Positions 51,901-62,516 of a DNA stretch of 64,000 nt are shown piece after piece. The translations under genes were made by a program, and so were the position numbers. This DNA comes from an uncultured Desulfatitalea sp. (GTDB lineage Bacteria; Desulfobacterota; Desulfobacteria; Desulfobacterales; Desulfosarcinaceae): assembly GCA_963668675.2 (NCBI GenBank), contig CAXXMB010000001.1, forward strand, positions 576,001 through 640,000, read 5' to 3'. The notes below the pieces were generated by a model, which had not been told where the DNA came from, ran no database searches, and was given only the letters and a program-made list of their open reading frames with translations. Every line of letters begins with the position of its first letter. The stretch's first letter is position 1.

Positions 51901-52360
51901 TTTTGGGCTTCTTCTTGGCTGCTTTGGGCTTGGAAACGGTTGTTTTTTTCGCCTTTGGCTTGGATGGCACCTGGTTCGCTTCTAATATCGCTTGGAGCGC
52001 CTGGATGTGGTTGCTGATATCCGAGTTGTTGCTGTTGAGGATATCTCCCATCAATGCCTTCAGTTCATCCGCCGCAGAGAGCATGACATTGATAATGTCC
52101 GGGGTCGGTACAATCTCCAGGCCGCGGATTTTTCCCAAGATGTTTTCCATTTCATGGGTCAGGTCCTTTATGTTGGTCAGACCCATGAAACCGGCTCCCC
52201 CCTTGATTGAATGGGCGGCACGGTATACCTTGTTGACCAGATCTTCATCAATGTTGGCGCCGTTCTCTTCGATGGCCAAAAAATCGTTCTCGATATCTGC
52301 GAGATGCTCCAGTGATTCCTCTAAGTACATCTGCAAGGTTTCATCGTCTTGAATCGTCAT
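48929..52360 (-). CDS. cheA: Hybrid chemotaxis kinase CheA (Hpt, dimerisation, HATPase, two CheW domains, REC)
   Basis: RAAHSIKG, ELVLSRNQL, HLVRNAVDHG, SGRGVGMDVV, IKLPLTLAI; C-terminal AEDS...VTDIEMP. Confidence 0.96.
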   Translation of the reverse strand: MTIQDDETLQMYLEESLEHLADIENDFLAIEENGANIDEDLVNKVYRAAHSIKGGAGFMGLTNIKDLTHEMENILGKIRGLEIVPTPDIINVMLSAADELKALMGDILNSNNSDISNHIQALQAILEANQVPSKPKAKKTTVSKPKAAKKKPKKATAPKPKVSEKAPEAEPHRSGDVLPLSFSDGQLAFTTDANKITPFFDQGKCVYLVKIDVDEQIYDEGKTCQGMLEEMEQTGTIICANFPLHPAEELSSDWTPDVPTMAFLFATILKPSDVNVLFEIDPEHILELRSDQQLYQLDGSPMDRALTEAAPDEPEPENIVGVSEEGLDLEMDMAPEAAETEDPPEADVSPEEGANEVDEEMDTMAEETELMQEEIHQEIQSIDAKPEIGIEKKAARYEHETSLRVHVSLLDQLMTLAGELVLSRNQLLQSMGSSDKRGSEVAGQRIDLITSELQEAIMLTRMQSIGNVFNKFPRVVRDLARTLGKQVELSLEGKDVELDKTIIEAIGDPLTHLVRNAVDHGIETPDLRKRAGKNPTGHIFLRAYHEAGQVNIEISDNGQGLDGNKLAAKAMEKGLITEEQAKVMSAREKTNLIFLPGFSTAEKITDVSGRGVGMDVVKTNLDQLGGIIDIDSTMGKGTTLRIKLPLTLAIIPCQIVVTGGERYAIPQVNLEELLRIPAEQVRHRIERVGNADVVRLRGNLLPLIRLSEIIGVDALYSDPESGEMKPDRREKLADRRSKKSPREPREEKNEQGAEIEEASSETAPTRRSEDRRFHAASALNIVVVSTGAIKYGLVVDSLHDSEEIVVKPLGRDLKKCKGYAGATIMGDGRVALILDVSNLAQMAGLTTVEGTARAAEVAESEREAIRASRDKQSLLVFRSSSEEQFAAPLNLVERIEKIKRNDIEEVGGKQVIKYRGGSLPLFNIDQVANVKPLAEQENLLVIVFVVGGREIGLLAIGPVDAVEVNLTIDGSTLRQPGIMGSAIINDHTTLLVDIVEIVQTLNPQWFKEPEKVVDEKGNNATILFAEDSNFFRNQVKASMVKEGFNVIEAEDGTIAWSLLQENIKEVSIVVTDIEMPNMDGFALTQLIKENPAYSHLPVIALTTLAGEEDIARGKEVGIDDYQIKLDRERLIRSIHGFLVAAAA

Positions 52361-52483
52361 AACCGTGCTCCTTTGAGTCGCTAATTGGTCACTTACTGTC
52401 TGGTCCCGAGGATATTGTCAGATCGGGGGAGCCATTTTTTTCAATATCCTGGTGGCCTGGAAACAGCCCGTTCCTCACCCTAT

Positions 52484-52510
52484 TTATCTGCTGCAAAAGG
52501 AAAAACTTTA
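52484..52510 (-). promoter_or_regulatory. Sigma28 (FliA) promoter of the cheA operon
   Basis: Minus strand TAAAGTTT-N11-GCAGATAA; one mismatch to TAAAGTTT-N11-GCCGATAA. Confidence 0.8.
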
Positions 52511-52661
52511 GTTAATTTTATGGATGGTTAAGCGATTTATGCTTATTGATGTGAATGTAGAGTCTGATCGTTGGACAGGGGGTAGGGGATTACGAATACA
52601 ATCCGGCAAGGCTACGTTCGATAGAGATTGATAATGCCATGAATTTTTGGCGGTCTGCTTT

Positions 52662-53414
52662 TTAAAAGTCCATTTTCGCCGCCTCTACCGAGAGGCTGGT
52701 CGGGATGCTGTTGGTCTCTTTGAATCCCTTTAAAGACTCAGCCTGGCTGCGGGTGGCTGCCAGACGGATGAGCAGTTTTGCCTTCAGGCAGGCGTTAACC
52801 AATGCCAAAACCGTCTGGATGGCCGTCATGTTCAACTTGGCGACCTGGCTCAAATTGAGCACGAAACGATTCGCCCCGGCAGCTGTCATGTGATCGATCT
52901 TGGTCTTTACCATCTGTTCGATCTCAGAGGCCTTAATTCTCGTAATCTTCTCCGGAAGGGTAAGAACGACGATGTCGCTGTCCACGGCAAACAACCCATC
53001 TCCCTCCGCGTCATCGCTACCGACAGGCGCGTCGATGCGCTTGTTCAAGTCCTCCAGAATCATCTTGACACGTTCTACCAACTGATCGCCCTTGAATGGT
53101 TTTACGATGTAATCCTTCACACCCATTTTGACGATGCTCATCACATTGTCACGCCCGCCCTCTGCTGTGAGCATGATGACAGAGATGTCTTTAAGCCGAT
53201 CGTCGGCCATCATTTTGCCAAGCATCTCAATGCCGGTCATCACCGGCATGGTGATATCCAGAATAATCAGGTCGGGAGAAACCTCGGCCGCCAGCGCCAA
53301 ACCGTCTCGTCCATTTTCGGCCTCAAATAGCTCACAATCATAATTTTTAAAGGCGTTCTTGACGATCATACGAATGGTTCGGCTATCATCTACTGTCAAT
53401 ATTTTGTACCTCAT
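52662..53414 (-). CDS. Response regulator with C-terminal STAS-like domain
   Basis: REC motifs VDDS, LDITMP, LTAE, YIVKPF; C-terminus DIVVLTLPEKI...RFVLNLSQVAKLNMTAIQTVL. Confidence 0.85.
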   Translation of the reverse strand: MRYKILTVDDSRTIRMIVKNAFKNYDCELFEAENGRDGLALAAEVSPDLIILDITMPVMTGIEMLGKMMADDRLKDISVIMLTAEGGRDNVMSIVKMGVKDYIVKPFKGDQLVERVKMILEDLNKRIDAPVGSDDAEGDGLFAVDSDIVVLTLPEKITRIKASEIEQMVKTKIDHMTAAGANRFVLNLSQVAKLNMTAIQTVLALVNACLKAKLLIRLAATRSQAESLKGFKETNSIPTSLSVEAAKMDF

Positions 53415-53555
53415 AAGGATGCTCCAATTGGTTCTATGAAGGCCAGGTCGGCACCGCACTGAAATAGGACCAAAAAATGGCTCTAAGCGTACATTTGCAC
53501 CAATAGAAAAGGATTTCCCGCTTGGGGGCAGTACAAATGAACATCTACAGCTCCA

Positions 53556-53582
53556 ATATCGACTTAATTTGGCGACACTTTA
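53556..53582 (-). promoter_or_regulatory. Sigma28-type promoter of the REC-STAS gene
   Basis: Minus strand TAAAGTGT-N11-GTCGATAT. Confidence 0.65.
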
Positions 53583-53708
53583 ATTTTAACAGCCGGATTT
53601 GATTGAATAGACAGGAGTATGGGGTAGGAAGATAGTGGCCCTTTTCCCCAGCCGAGGCACCATCGGTCGCTGAATCAGGCCAAACAGATCTTTTTTTCGA
53701 AAGGCCAG

Positions 53709-53741
53709 AAAATGCCGCGGAGCCAATTGGCAGCCGCGGCA
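53709..53741 (-). terminator. Terminator after sdhB
   Basis: TGCCGCGG/CCGCGGCA stem followed by TTTT on the minus strand. Confidence 0.6.
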
Positions 53742-53771
53742 CTATGGCGCTTTAAACGGATAACCGGCCGG

Positions 53772-54536
53772 TTAGCTCTGTGAAGATCCGAAGCTGGCTT
53801 TGAAAAACTCGCGGTTGAGGCGGGCGATGTTTGTGATGGAGATCTCCTTTGGGCATTCAGCCTCACATTCGGTCTCGTTGCTGCAGTTGCCAAATCCCTG
53901 TGCATCCATTTCGCGCACCATGGCGATGGCGCGTTTGGCGGCTTCCGGTCTTCCCTGGGGCAAAAGGGCCATCTGGGAAACCTTGGCGCTTACAAATAGC
54001 ATGGCAGATGCATTGGGGCAGGCTGCGACGCAGGCACCGCATCCGATGCATTGGGCGGCATCCATGGCCAGCTCCGCTTTGTCCTGGGGAACAGGTTGCG
54101 CATTGGCATCCTGAGCCCCGCCGGCATTGACGGATATATAGCCGCCGGCCTGGATGATACGGTCAAAGGCACTGCGGTCCACCGCCAGGTCCTTGATGAT
54201 TTTAAAGGCCATGGCGCGGAAGGGCTCGATAGCGATGACATCGCCATCCTTGAAATGGCGCATGTGAAGCTGGCACAGGGTCGTGCCCTTGAGGGAACCA
54301 TGCGGACGGCCGTTGATCACCGCCCCGCACATCCCACAGATGCCCTCGCGGCAGTCGTGATCAAAGGCGATCGGCTCTTTGGCTTCCAGGGTCAGTTTTT
54401 CGTTCACGACGTCAAGCATCTCGAGAAAGGACATCTCTGTCGAAATGTCCCTGGCCTGATGCGTTTCAAAGTGGCCTTTGCCCTGGGGACCTTTCTGACG
54501 CCAGACTTTAAGGGTGAGATGGATGCTCTTGCTCAC
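53772..54536 (-). CDS. sdhB: Succinate dehydrogenase/fumarate reductase iron-sulfur subunit
   Basis: [21 protein letters not shown] and [12 protein letters not shown]. Confidence 0.95.
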   Translation of the reverse strand: MSKSIHLTLKVWRQKGPQGKGHFETHQARDISTEMSFLEMLDVVNEKLTLEAKEPIAFDHDCREGICGMCGAVINGRPHGSLKGTTLCQLHMRHFKDGDVIAIEPFRAMAFKIIKDLAVDRSAFDRIIQAGGYISVNAGGAQDANAQPVPQDKAELAMDAAQCIGCGACVAACPNASAMLFVSAKVSQMALLPQGRPEAAKRAIAMVREMDAQGFGNCSNETECEAECPKEISITNIARLNREFFKASFGSSQS

Positions 54537-56446
54537 TTGTAGCTCCTTTGCGTTAGTTGCACATTTTCAAATGTCAGCGGCTCTTTGTGAAATTCTGGAG
54601 CTTGACCGCTTCCTTTGTATTCCCATGCGGCAACATGGCAAAACTCATCGTCGTTGCGCAACGCTTCGTTCTCTTCGGTTTGATAGGCTTCGTTGAAGTG
54701 GCCGCCGCAAGACTCCTGGCGGGCCAGTGCATCTTCGATCATCAACTCGGCAAATTCCAGGAAATCCGCTACCCGCCCGGCGCGCTCCAGGCTCTGGTTG
54801 AAGTCGCCGGCAGAGCCGGGAACAGTCACATTTTGCCAGAATTCCGCTCTCAGCTCCTGAATCATGCCGCGGGCCTTCTCCAGTCCGTCATTGTTGCGCG
54901 ACATCCCGCAGTGGTCCCACATGATCAGCCCCAACTGGCGGTGGAAATCATCCACCGTCCGCTTGCCGTCGATGCCCAGCAACTGTTCGATACGTGCACG
55001 CGTCGATTTTTCCGATGCTTCAAATTCGGGCTGGGATGTGCTGATCTCCATCTTCGGTCCGCTGTTCAGGTAGCCGCCGATGGTATAAGGCAGCACGAAA
55101 TAGCCGTCTGCAAGGCCCTGCATGAGGGCGCTCGCCCCAAGGCGGTTGGCGCCGTGGTCCGAAAAGTTGGCCTCGCCGATAACGAAGAGGCCGGGGACGT
55201 TACTCATCAAATTGTAATCGACCCACAATCCGCCCATGGTGTAGTGTACCGCAGGGTAGATCATCATGGGCGTCGTATAGGGATCGTCTCCTGTAATTTT
55301 TTCATACATTTGGAATAGATTCCCGTACTTGCGTTCGATGGTCTCCTTGCCGTCGCGTTTGATTGCATCGGCAAAATCGAGATAGACCGCCAGGGCGGTA
55401 TCGCCGACGCCTTTCTCTTCGTCGCATTGTGCCTTGGCGTTGCGGGAGGCCACGTCGCGCGGAACCAGATTGCCGAAACTCGGATATTTGCGCTCCAAGT
55501 AGTAGTCCCTGTCGCTTTCCGGGATCTGGCTGGGCGGCCGGGTGTCGCCCGGCTTCTTGGGCACCCACACCCTCCCGTCATTGCGCAAGCTTTCACTCAT
55601 CAAGGTGAGTTTGGATTGATAGGTACCATGTACGGGGATACAGGTCGGGTGGATCTGGGTAAAACATGGGTTGGCAAAGAGGGCACCCTTCATATAGGCG
55701 CGATACGCGGCGGAAACATTCGATCCCATGGCGTTGGTGGAGAGGAAGAAGACATTGCCATAGCCTCCGGTAGCCAGCACCACTGCATCGGCCGAATGGC
55801 GTTCCAACTCACCGGTGATCAGGTTGCGCACCACGATGCCTTTGGCATGTCCCTTGACCAGTACCAGATCGAGCATCTCGCGGCGAGGAAACATGGTGAC
55901 CTTGCCCATCGCCACCTGACGCATCAGGCTGCCATAGGCGCCCAGCAGCAGTTGCTGCCCGGTCTGCCCGCGGGCGTAGAAGGTTCTTGAAACCTGGGCG
56001 CCACCGAAAGAACGGTTGGCCAGCAGTCCCCCGTAATCGCGTGCAAACGGGATGCCTTGGGCGACACAATGATCGATAATGTGATTGCTGACTTGGGCCA
56101 GGCGATAGACGTTGGCTTCCCTGGCCCGGAAATCGCCGCCTTTTACCGTATCGTAAAAGAGCCGCCAGATGCTGTCGCCGTCGTTTGGATAGTTTTTGGC
56201 TGCATTGATACCGCCCTGGGCCGCAATGCTATGGGCGCGGCGGGGGCTGTCCTGGAAACAGAAGGATTTTACATTGTACCCTAGCTCAGCCAGGGTGGCC
56301 GCGGCGGATCCGCCCGCCAGTCCTGTACCCACCACGATGATGTCGAATTTGCGTTTATTGGCCGGATTGACCAGTTTCAGTTCGAAACGGTGGCGATCCC
56401 ACTTATCTTTTAACGCTCCTGCCGGAACCTTGCCGTCGAGCAACAT
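54533..56446 (-). CDS. sdhA: Succinate dehydrogenase/fumarate reductase flavoprotein (Geobacter FrdA/Bacteroidetes type)
   Basis: [32 protein letters not shown] and [11 protein letters not shown]. Confidence 0.96.
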   Translation of the reverse strand: MLLDGKVPAGALKDKWDRHRFELKLVNPANKRKFDIIVVGTGLAGGSAAATLAELGYNVKSFCFQDSPRRAHSIAAQGGINAAKNYPNDGDSIWRLFYDTVKGGDFRAREANVYRLAQVSNHIIDHCVAQGIPFARDYGGLLANRSFGGAQVSRTFYARGQTGQQLLLGAYGSLMRQVAMGKVTMFPRREMLDLVLVKGHAKGIVVRNLITGELERHSADAVVLATGGYGNVFFLSTNAMGSNVSAAYRAYMKGALFANPCFTQIHPTCIPVHGTYQSKLTLMSESLRNDGRVWVPKKPGDTRPPSQIPESDRDYYLERKYPSFGNLVPRDVASRNAKAQCDEEKGVGDTALAVYLDFADAIKRDGKETIERKYGNLFQMYEKITGDDPYTTPMMIYPAVHYTMGGLWVDYNLMSNVPGLFVIGEANFSDHGANRLGASALMQGLADGYFVLPYTIGGYLNSGPKMEISTSQPEFEASEKSTRARIEQLLGIDGKRTVDDFHRQLGLIMWDHCGMSRNNDGLEKARGMIQELRAEFWQNVTVPGSAGDFNQSLERAGRVADFLEFAELMIEDALARQESCGGHFNEAYQTEENEALRNDDEFCHVAAWEYKGSGQAPEFHKEPLTFENVQLTQRSYK

Positions 56447-56461
56447 AGGATATCCTTTCTA

Positions 56462-57103
56462 TTATGCGCTGATGGAGACGAAGATGGGCAGCAAGCCGAA
56501 ACCGACCCCGACCACCAGTGCAAATAAGATACTTAAGGTTCGAATCATCGGCATGTATTTTGGGTGATTGGCGCCGACGGTTTGAAAAGCGCTCCATAGG
56601 CCATGGCTGACATGGATGGCCGTCACTATCATCGCGACGACATAGACGGCCACATAGAGCGGATTGGCGAAAGCAGCGCTGACGATATCGTGGATGGTGG
56701 TCTGGCTTTTGTCTGCAAAGTGAAAATTGACCAGATGGAAGACCACAAATGCCAGGAGAAGTACGCCAGTATAGGGCATGGTGGCCGATCCGATCGTGCG
56801 GCCACCGGCTCGTTTATTGACGGCGTATCGGTTGGGTCGGGCCTTCAGGTTTTGGTAAAAGAGGGTCAGCCCGGTCAACACATGCGTAAGGGCGAACAAC
56901 AGCAGGCCCCACTCAGCGACAACCAGCAGTACGCCCAGGGAGTGCAGATGGCCGGCATAGCCGTTGAACATGGCTTTGCCGCCGAACAGGGTCAAATTAC
57001 CGGCGAGATGCACTGCCAGAAACAGGCAGAAGCAGATTCCGGTCAATGCCATCATCAATTTTTTACCGATGGACGATGAGAGTGTCTCGATCAACCACTT
57101 CAT
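56462..57103 (-). CDS. sdhC: Succinate dehydrogenase cytochrome b558-type membrane anchor
   Basis: SSIGKKLMMALTG; five TMs with four His; HVSHGLWSAFQTVG; SD GGAGG. Confidence 0.92.
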   Translation of the reverse strand: MKWLIETLSSSIGKKLMMALTGICFCLFLAVHLAGNLTLFGGKAMFNGYAGHLHSLGVLLVVAEWGLLLFALTHVLTGLTLFYQNLKARPNRYAVNKRAGGRTIGSATMPYTGVLLLAFVVFHLVNFHFADKSQTTIHDIVSAAFANPLYVAVYVVAMIVTAIHVSHGLWSAFQTVGANHPKYMPMIRTLSILFALVVGVGFGLLPIFVSISA

Positions 57104-57296
57104 GGCGCCTCCGTTCCCCAATGGATTCTTGAACTTAAACCCGCCGTGGCCGGATACGATATGCGCTGCCTGCCGACAACGGTGTTGTATTTTTTATGCA
57201 GGCACTTGAGAAGGTCAGGTACCTGGGAAATTTGATTCCGTTTTTCGGGCCAATTCGCTCGCAAGAGAAGCACGCTATGGAAGAACAATGTTACTG

Positions 57297-57845
57297 TCAA
57301 CAAAAAAGTCGAAACCACCATCCATCCCTCGGCGTGTCGATCAGTGACTGGGCCAACTGCTTGGCCACTTTTGTCTGAAGGCGGTTTTCCACATGCGGCA
57401 GCCACTTCTGAGGTGTCTGGTATCCCAGGTCTTTTAACGATTTGAGGTCGACAATGAGCGCCAGTTGATCGGCATCGTGGGCGAGCTTCGATTCCAGCGT
57501 TTCGCCCTGGTTGAATTCAGAGAGAAGCGCATCGATCTGTTCGGCAAACGGCAGGTTGTGCAGGGCATCGGCCGCTGCAGCCGATTCATCCGAGGTAACG
57601 TATTGTTTTTGCACATAGTTCAGATCACCGATACGTGCTTCCGGCAGATCGTGGACCAGGCACATGGTGATGAGACGCTCGGCATCGGCCTGGGGTTCCA
57701 GCTTGGAGAATATGAAGGCGATGAAGGTGACGGCGAACGTATGCTCCGCCACCGTATCTCTCCCCATGCCGAGAAACTGGTACCCGCTGCGTGGAATGTG
57801 TTTCAGGAAAAGTGCTTCGAAGATAAACTCTGCAATTCGGTCCAT
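57297..57845 (-). CDS. HD-domain hydrolase (YfbR/HDDC2-like)
   Basis: LKHIPRSGY...VAEH, LVHDLPEARIGD and AHDADQL; SD AAGGAG. Confidence 0.9.
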   Translation of the reverse strand: MDRIAEFIFEALFLKHIPRSGYQFLGMGRDTVAEHTFAVTFIAFIFSKLEPQADAERLITMCLVHDLPEARIGDLNYVQKQYVTSDESAAAADALHNLPFAEQIDALLSEFNQGETLESKLAHDADQLALIVDLKSLKDLGYQTPQKWLPHVENRLQTKVAKQLAQSLIDTPRDGWWFRLFC

Positions 57846-57982
57846 TCTTTTCTCCTTTGAGAAAACAGGGTGGGTCAGAGAGCGCAACTTCCCTGAAGTC
57901 TCCACCTGAACAAGGGGAAACATTAGCAGAGGATCGTCGTCCTGTCATCTACTACATAGTGGCAACGGTGTTCTCAATTGAC

Positions 57983-58011
57983 TTGACACATTTGGTCGGT
58001 TTGGGTAGTTT
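57983..58011 (+). promoter_or_regulatory. Sigma70-type promoter for tol-pal
   Basis: TTGACA-17 nt-TAGTTT. Confidence 0.55.
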
Positions 58012-58216
58012 AATCGGACAAGAAAAACCCTTATCCATTTTCCAAAGGGTTGACATTCCAGGACGCTCAGATCACCGTACTTCAGACAAAAGGGCTAAAC
58101 CTGCAAACACCAATCTCACCAAACAGTGTGATTTCCCGAAAACAGTATCGATGGTCAGTGTTACAGGTGATGGCGTGCGCAGCTTTTACGGGTTAAAATC
58201 GTAGGAGAATTGGCAA

Positions 58217-58942
58217 ATGACCCAAACGGATATTGATATTATTCAGATTGTTAGCAATGCAGGCGTGATGGTGCAATTCGTACTTTTGCTGCTTTTGTTT
58301 TTTTCCGTGACCTCATGGGCCATCATTATTATCAAGTGGCGCTATATTCAGAAGGCATTCCGCGAATCGACTCTATTTACAGACTATTTTTGGAAAACCA
58401 GAGACTTGGCCGGTGCCTACGCCAAGGCTAAAGAGTTGACCGGGTGCCCGGTGGGTCGGATTTTCAGAATCGGGTACGTGGAATTGAAACGCATCAGCCA
58501 ACCTGGACGAGGTAAAACACAGGAGGCGGGTCAAGAAGGCGGTGGCACAATGAGCATGCGCATCACGGGGGGCGATAATGTCAAGCGTGCGCTGCGCAGG
58601 GCCATCAACAATGAAACCACCCGGATGACCCAGATGGTGCCCTTTTTGGCGACCACTGGAAACACCACGCCGTTTATAGGCCTTTTCGGAACAGTGTGGG
58701 GCATTATGAACTCCTTTCACAGTATCGGCCAACGTGGTTCTGCAAGCCTGGCCGTGGTTGCGCCGGGGATCTCAGAAGCCCTTATCGCCACAGCCGCAGG
58801 GTTGGCGGTCGCGATTCCGGCGGTCATCGCCTTTAATTTTTTTATGCAGAAAATACGGGTGGTTGAGACAGAGTTGATCAGCTTTTCAGCAGATTTTCTA
58901 AATATCATCGAGCGCGACATTCTATCTGGCAATCCCTCCTGA
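58217..58942 (+). CDS. tolQ: TolQ
   Basis: FLATTGNTTPFIGLFGTVWGIM...VVAPGISEALIATAAGL. Confidence 0.96.
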   Translation: MTQTDIDIIQIVSNAGVMVQFVLLLLLFFSVTSWAIIIIKWRYIQKAFRESTLFTDYFWKTRDLAGAYAKAKELTGCPVGRIFRIGYVELKRISQPGRGKTQEAGQEGGGTMSMRITGGDNVKRALRRAINNETTRMTQMVPFLATTGNTTPFIGLFGTVWGIMNSFHSIGQRGSASLAVVAPGISEALIATAAGLAVAIPAVIAFNFFMQKIRVVETELISFSADFLNIIERDILSGNPS

Positions 58943-59004
58943 TTCATCGATCGAACCAAGGGTCACGGGAGCCGAACCGGAGAGACGCTTGAGAGGATAA
59001 ACGT

Positions 59005-59436
59005 ATGGCATTAGAAACCAATAGCGACCGCCTAATGTCCGACATCAACGTTACGCCATTCGTGGATGTGATGCTGGTGCTGCTCATTATCTTTATGGTC
59101 ACGGCGCCAATGATGATGCAAGGTGTCGATGTCAACCTGCCCGAGGCAACGACGAAGCCCCTGGTGGCCCAAAAGGATAATCTGGTCGTCTCCATCGACA
59201 AGGATCAACGCATTCACATCAACGACTTTGAGGTGGAGGTGGACTATCTGAGAGAAAAACTCAAAAAGATCCTTGAAAACAAATCCGACCGGGCCGTTTA
59301 CTTCAAAGCCGATCGCGCCGTACCATACGGGGTGGCCGTCAAAGTCATGGCGGAGATCAAAGGGGCCGGAGTAGATAAAATCGGGATGGTGACCATACCG
59401 GTTGAAGAAGATCGCGGGACAGGCCAGAGGCGATAA
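59005..59436 (+). CDS. tolR: TolR
   Basis: SDINVTPFVDVMLVLLIIFMVTAP. Confidence 0.96.
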   Translation: MALETNSDRLMSDINVTPFVDVMLVLLIIFMVTAPMMMQGVDVNLPEATTKPLVAQKDNLVVSIDKDQRIHINDFEVEVDYLREKLKKILENKSDRAVYFKADRAVPYGVAVKVMAEIKGAGVDKIGMVTIPVEEDRGTGQRR

Positions 59437-59447
59437 CTGAAACCAAG

Positions 59448-60317
59448 ATGAGTCATGCAATCATGGTACATGCTGCAGGGGAAAATCGTCATCCCTTATT
59501 TTGGCCCTATCTATTCAGTTTTGTGGGCCATCTGCTGCTGTTCGCATTTATCCTTTACACCCCTAGACCGGACAGCGATGAGAGTCTGTTTCCCTCCATC
59601 ATCGACGTGCAGATCGTCGATGTTCAGACCAGCGCCCCGTCCGTGCAAAAGAGCAAGGCGCCGAAGGAGGCGCCTTCTTCGGCGATAGCGGAGGAGGCAC
59701 CTGTCGAGGCCAAGACACCCTCGAAACCACCAGTCAAGAGCACTGCAGAAGCCGAAGTCTCCGTTGCACCTCCGCAACCCAAAAGCAAAACAGCACTCAA
59801 ATATAAAACCATGAAGTCCCAGAAGGTGTTGAAAAGCACCTTGAAGCGTCTCGAAGAAAAGGTTCAGACGGCACCGCCCAAGCCTTTGGAAGATACGATT
59901 AAGCGGTTGCGTGAAAAAGTAGAGAAGGAGGGGAGGCCCGAGAAGAACGAAGCGGCTGGCAACGGCGAAGCCGTATCCGTAGGGCAAAAGAAGGGATTCA
60001 AAGGTGGAGGTAAGCAGGAGGGCGAACTTATCGATATGTACCGGTTGGAGATCGCTTACGCCATCCAGAAGAATTGGGCCTACTCTGAGCAGTTGGCCGG
60101 AAACAGCGGCGACCTGGTGGCAAGTATTGTGATGAAGGTGATGCCCGATGGTCAGATCGAAGACATTTTTTTTACCGACAGATCCGGAAACCCTTACCTC
60201 GATGAATCGGCCTACAAAGCGATTGTCAAGACCAGCCCGGTCAAGCCCCATCCCGATACTCTCAAGCGTCCGTATATTGAGATGGGACTGCGTTTCACCC
60301 CAAAAGGGGTACAGTAG
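59448..60317 (+). CDS. tolA: TolA/TonB-family energy transducer
   Basis: TM with SxxxH (SFVGH), Pro/Lys linker, SGNPYLDESA; located between tolR and tolB. Confidence 0.85.
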   Translation: MSHAIMVHAAGENRHPLFWPYLFSFVGHLLLFAFILYTPRPDSDESLFPSIIDVQIVDVQTSAPSVQKSKAPKEAPSSAIAEEAPVEAKTPSKPPVKSTAEAEVSVAPPQPKSKTALKYKTMKSQKVLKSTLKRLEEKVQTAPPKPLEDTIKRLREKVEKEGRPEKNEAAGNGEAVSVGQKKGFKGGGKQEGELIDMYRLEIAYAIQKNWAYSEQLAGNSGDLVASIVMKVMPDGQIEDIFFTDRSGNPYLDESAYKAIVKTSPVKPHPDTLKRPYIEMGLRFTPKGVQ

Positions 60318-60438
60318 AGTAAATGTGCAGCTGATTGAAAACGAGGTGGATTTCCATCTGTGACTCATCTGCCAAGCCACAGGGGTCTGCAAGCGGATGA
60401 AACTCAATGAGTGTCATAATCGTAAGGTATGGAAGAAG

Positions 60439-61767
60439 ATGCGACTCTATAGAATTATCACGATAGGTTTAATGCTGTTTTGCCTGATTTTGCCGGCGTG
60501 TTGGCCCGATCGAAGTTTGGCCGAAATCAAATATATCGATCTGACAAATCCTTTTTTGAGAAAAATCCCGATGGCCGTTCCGGTGTTCAGCGCCATGCCG
60601 GCCGCACAGGCAGATGATAAATTGACCACCGATATTGCGGATAAAGTGGCGGGCATGCTCGAATACACAGGCTATTTTAAGATGCTGGACAGGGCGTCTT
60701 TTCTCTATGACCCCAAGAAAGGTGAAATTACCAAAACCCGCATCAATTTTCAAAACTGGACAGCCGTAGGGGCCGAACTGCTGATCACCGGCGGCGTTCA
60801 ACGCACTGCGGACGAACTGGTTCTCGAGTTGCGACTGTTCGATACCTTCAAGACCTCGTTGGTCGTGGGCAAGCGCTATCGTGGACGTATAGAGGATTTG
60901 CGTGATATGGTTCGGCGCTTCTGCACAGAGGTGATCAAGGCGCTCACCGGAAACCAGGGGGTTTTTTACAGCCGGATCGCTTTTGTTTCCAACGGTACCG
61001 GTCACAAAGAGATCTATTTTTGTGAATTCGATGGAAGCAACCCAAAGATGATAACAAAAAAGAGCAGTATCACATCGTTTCCGGCGTGGTCTTTGGATGG
61101 GCGTTACCTTGCTTTCACCTCATTTGCAAATGGACCGTCTCAGATTTTCGTACGGGATCTTAAAAGCGGACTGGAGAAAAAATTCAGATTCAAAGGTGCG
61201 CAGATCGCACCGGCCTGGGTGCCGCATCGGTTCGAATTGACCACGACCCTGTCGATCGAAGGGGATCAGGAAATTTATTTATTGACCGGTGGAGGGAAAA
61301 TGATTAAAAGAGTGACCTATAGCCCGGGAATTGATGTGGATGCGACATGGTCGCCCGACGGCCAGAAACTGGCCTTCGTTTCCAAACGGGCAGGGACACC
61401 GCAAATCTACGTCCAGGAGATGGGCAGTAACCGCATACAACGACTGACGTTCGAGGGCCGCTACAATACCCAGCCCAGTTGGTCCCCCAAAGGCGATAAG
61501 GTCGCCTATTCGTCCATGGAAGAAGGACAACTAAACATCTACGTCATCGATATCGAGGGCAATCACCCAATCAGATTAACCTACAACCAAGGTGATAACG
61601 AAGCGCCGTCCTGGTCGCCGGACGGAAGTCTGATAGCATTCAGATCGACCCGCGAGGGTGTTTCACGAATATATGTAATGACGGCTTATGGCACGGACCA
61701 GCGACGTTTGTTGGTCCTAACAGGAGCGCAGAGTCACCCGAGGTGGTCGCCAAACATGTTACCTTAA
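60439..61767 (+). CDS. tolB: TolB
   Basis: TolB_N domain plus PD40 repeats (PAWSLDG, WSPDG, PSWSPKG). Confidence 0.95.
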   Translation: MRLYRIITIGLMLFCLILPACWPDRSLAEIKYIDLTNPFLRKIPMAVPVFSAMPAAQADDKLTTDIADKVAGMLEYTGYFKMLDRASFLYDPKKGEITKTRINFQNWTAVGAELLITGGVQRTADELVLELRLFDTFKTSLVVGKRYRGRIEDLRDMVRRFCTEVIKALTGNQGVFYSRIAFVSNGTGHKEIYFCEFDGSNPKMITKKSSITSFPAWSLDGRYLAFTSFANGPSQIFVRDLKSGLEKKFRFKGAQIAPAWVPHRFELTTTLSIEGDQEIYLLTGGGKMIKRVTYSPGIDVDATWSPDGQKLAFVSKRAGTPQIYVQEMGSNRIQRLTFEGRYNTQPSWSPKGDKVAYSSMEEGQLNIYVIDIEGNHPIRLTYNQGDNEAPSWSPDGSLIAFRSTREGVSRIYVMTAYGTDQRRLLVLTGAQSHPRWSPNMLP

Positions 61768-61802
61768 AGATGTTTATGCAGCATCATAAAAAGGAGGAAA
61801 AA

Positions 61803-62363
61803 ATGAGGAAAAACAATTGGTTGGTAATTTTTCTGGTGTTGGTAATACCGGCAATGATGTTTTCGGTATCATGTGCCAAAAAGGTGGTTGAAACCGCACC
61901 GGCTGAAACTGCCCAACCGGCCGAAACTCCGCCCGAAACTGATACGAGCGCAGATGACGAGGCCGCTCAAAAAGCGAGGCTGGAGCAAGAGAGGCTTGCT
62001 GCGGAAGAGGCTGCCCGGCAGGCGATGATGGCCTTCAGTGAAGAAGATATCCACTTCGAATTCGACAGCTCTGCATTGATGCCTGCCGCACAGGATATCT
62101 TGGTTCGCAAAGCGGATTACATGCGTGCCAATCCCAACATCACCGTGACGGTGGAGGGCCACTGCGACGAACGTGGAACAGATGCTTACAATATGGCCCT
62201 TGGAGAACGCCGTGCCCAGAGCGCCAAAGAGTTCCTCACCAATCTTGGTATCAGCGCCAATCGTTTGGGCACTATCAGCTACGGTGAAGAACGTCCGGTA
62301 GATCCGGGGCAGAACGAAGCTGCGTGGGCAAAAAATCGTCGCGCCCACCTGGTTATCGACTGA
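61803..62363 (+). CDS. pal: Peptidoglycan-associated lipoprotein Pal
   Basis: Lipobox [13 protein letters not shown]...[27 protein letters not shown]. Confidence 0.97.
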   Translation: MRKNNWLVIFLVLVIPAMMFSVSCAKKVVETAPAETAQPAETPPETDTSADDEAAQKARLEQERLAAEEAARQAMMAFSEEDIHFEFDSSALMPAAQDILVRKADYMRANPNITVTVEGHCDERGTDAYNMALGERRAQSAKEFLTNLGISANRLGTISYGEERPVDPGQNEAAWAKNRRAHLVID

Positions 62364-62448
62364 TAGAGACGTTTAGGGGCAGCAAAAATCCGGTTGAAGG
62401 GACGGAGTTGAACTTCCATTCCGCTTGAAACCGGTATTTGATAAAGAT

Positions 62449-62494
62449 GATTACGCCACCCCGGAACCGCTGATGCGATCCCGGGGTGGTAATC
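62449..62494 (+). other. Intergenic stem-loop between pal and cpoB
   Basis: GATTAC(GC)CACCCCGG...CCGGGGTGGTAATC. Confidence 0.6.
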
Positions 62495-62516
62495 TACGTA
62501 CCGCGGAAAAATTGCT

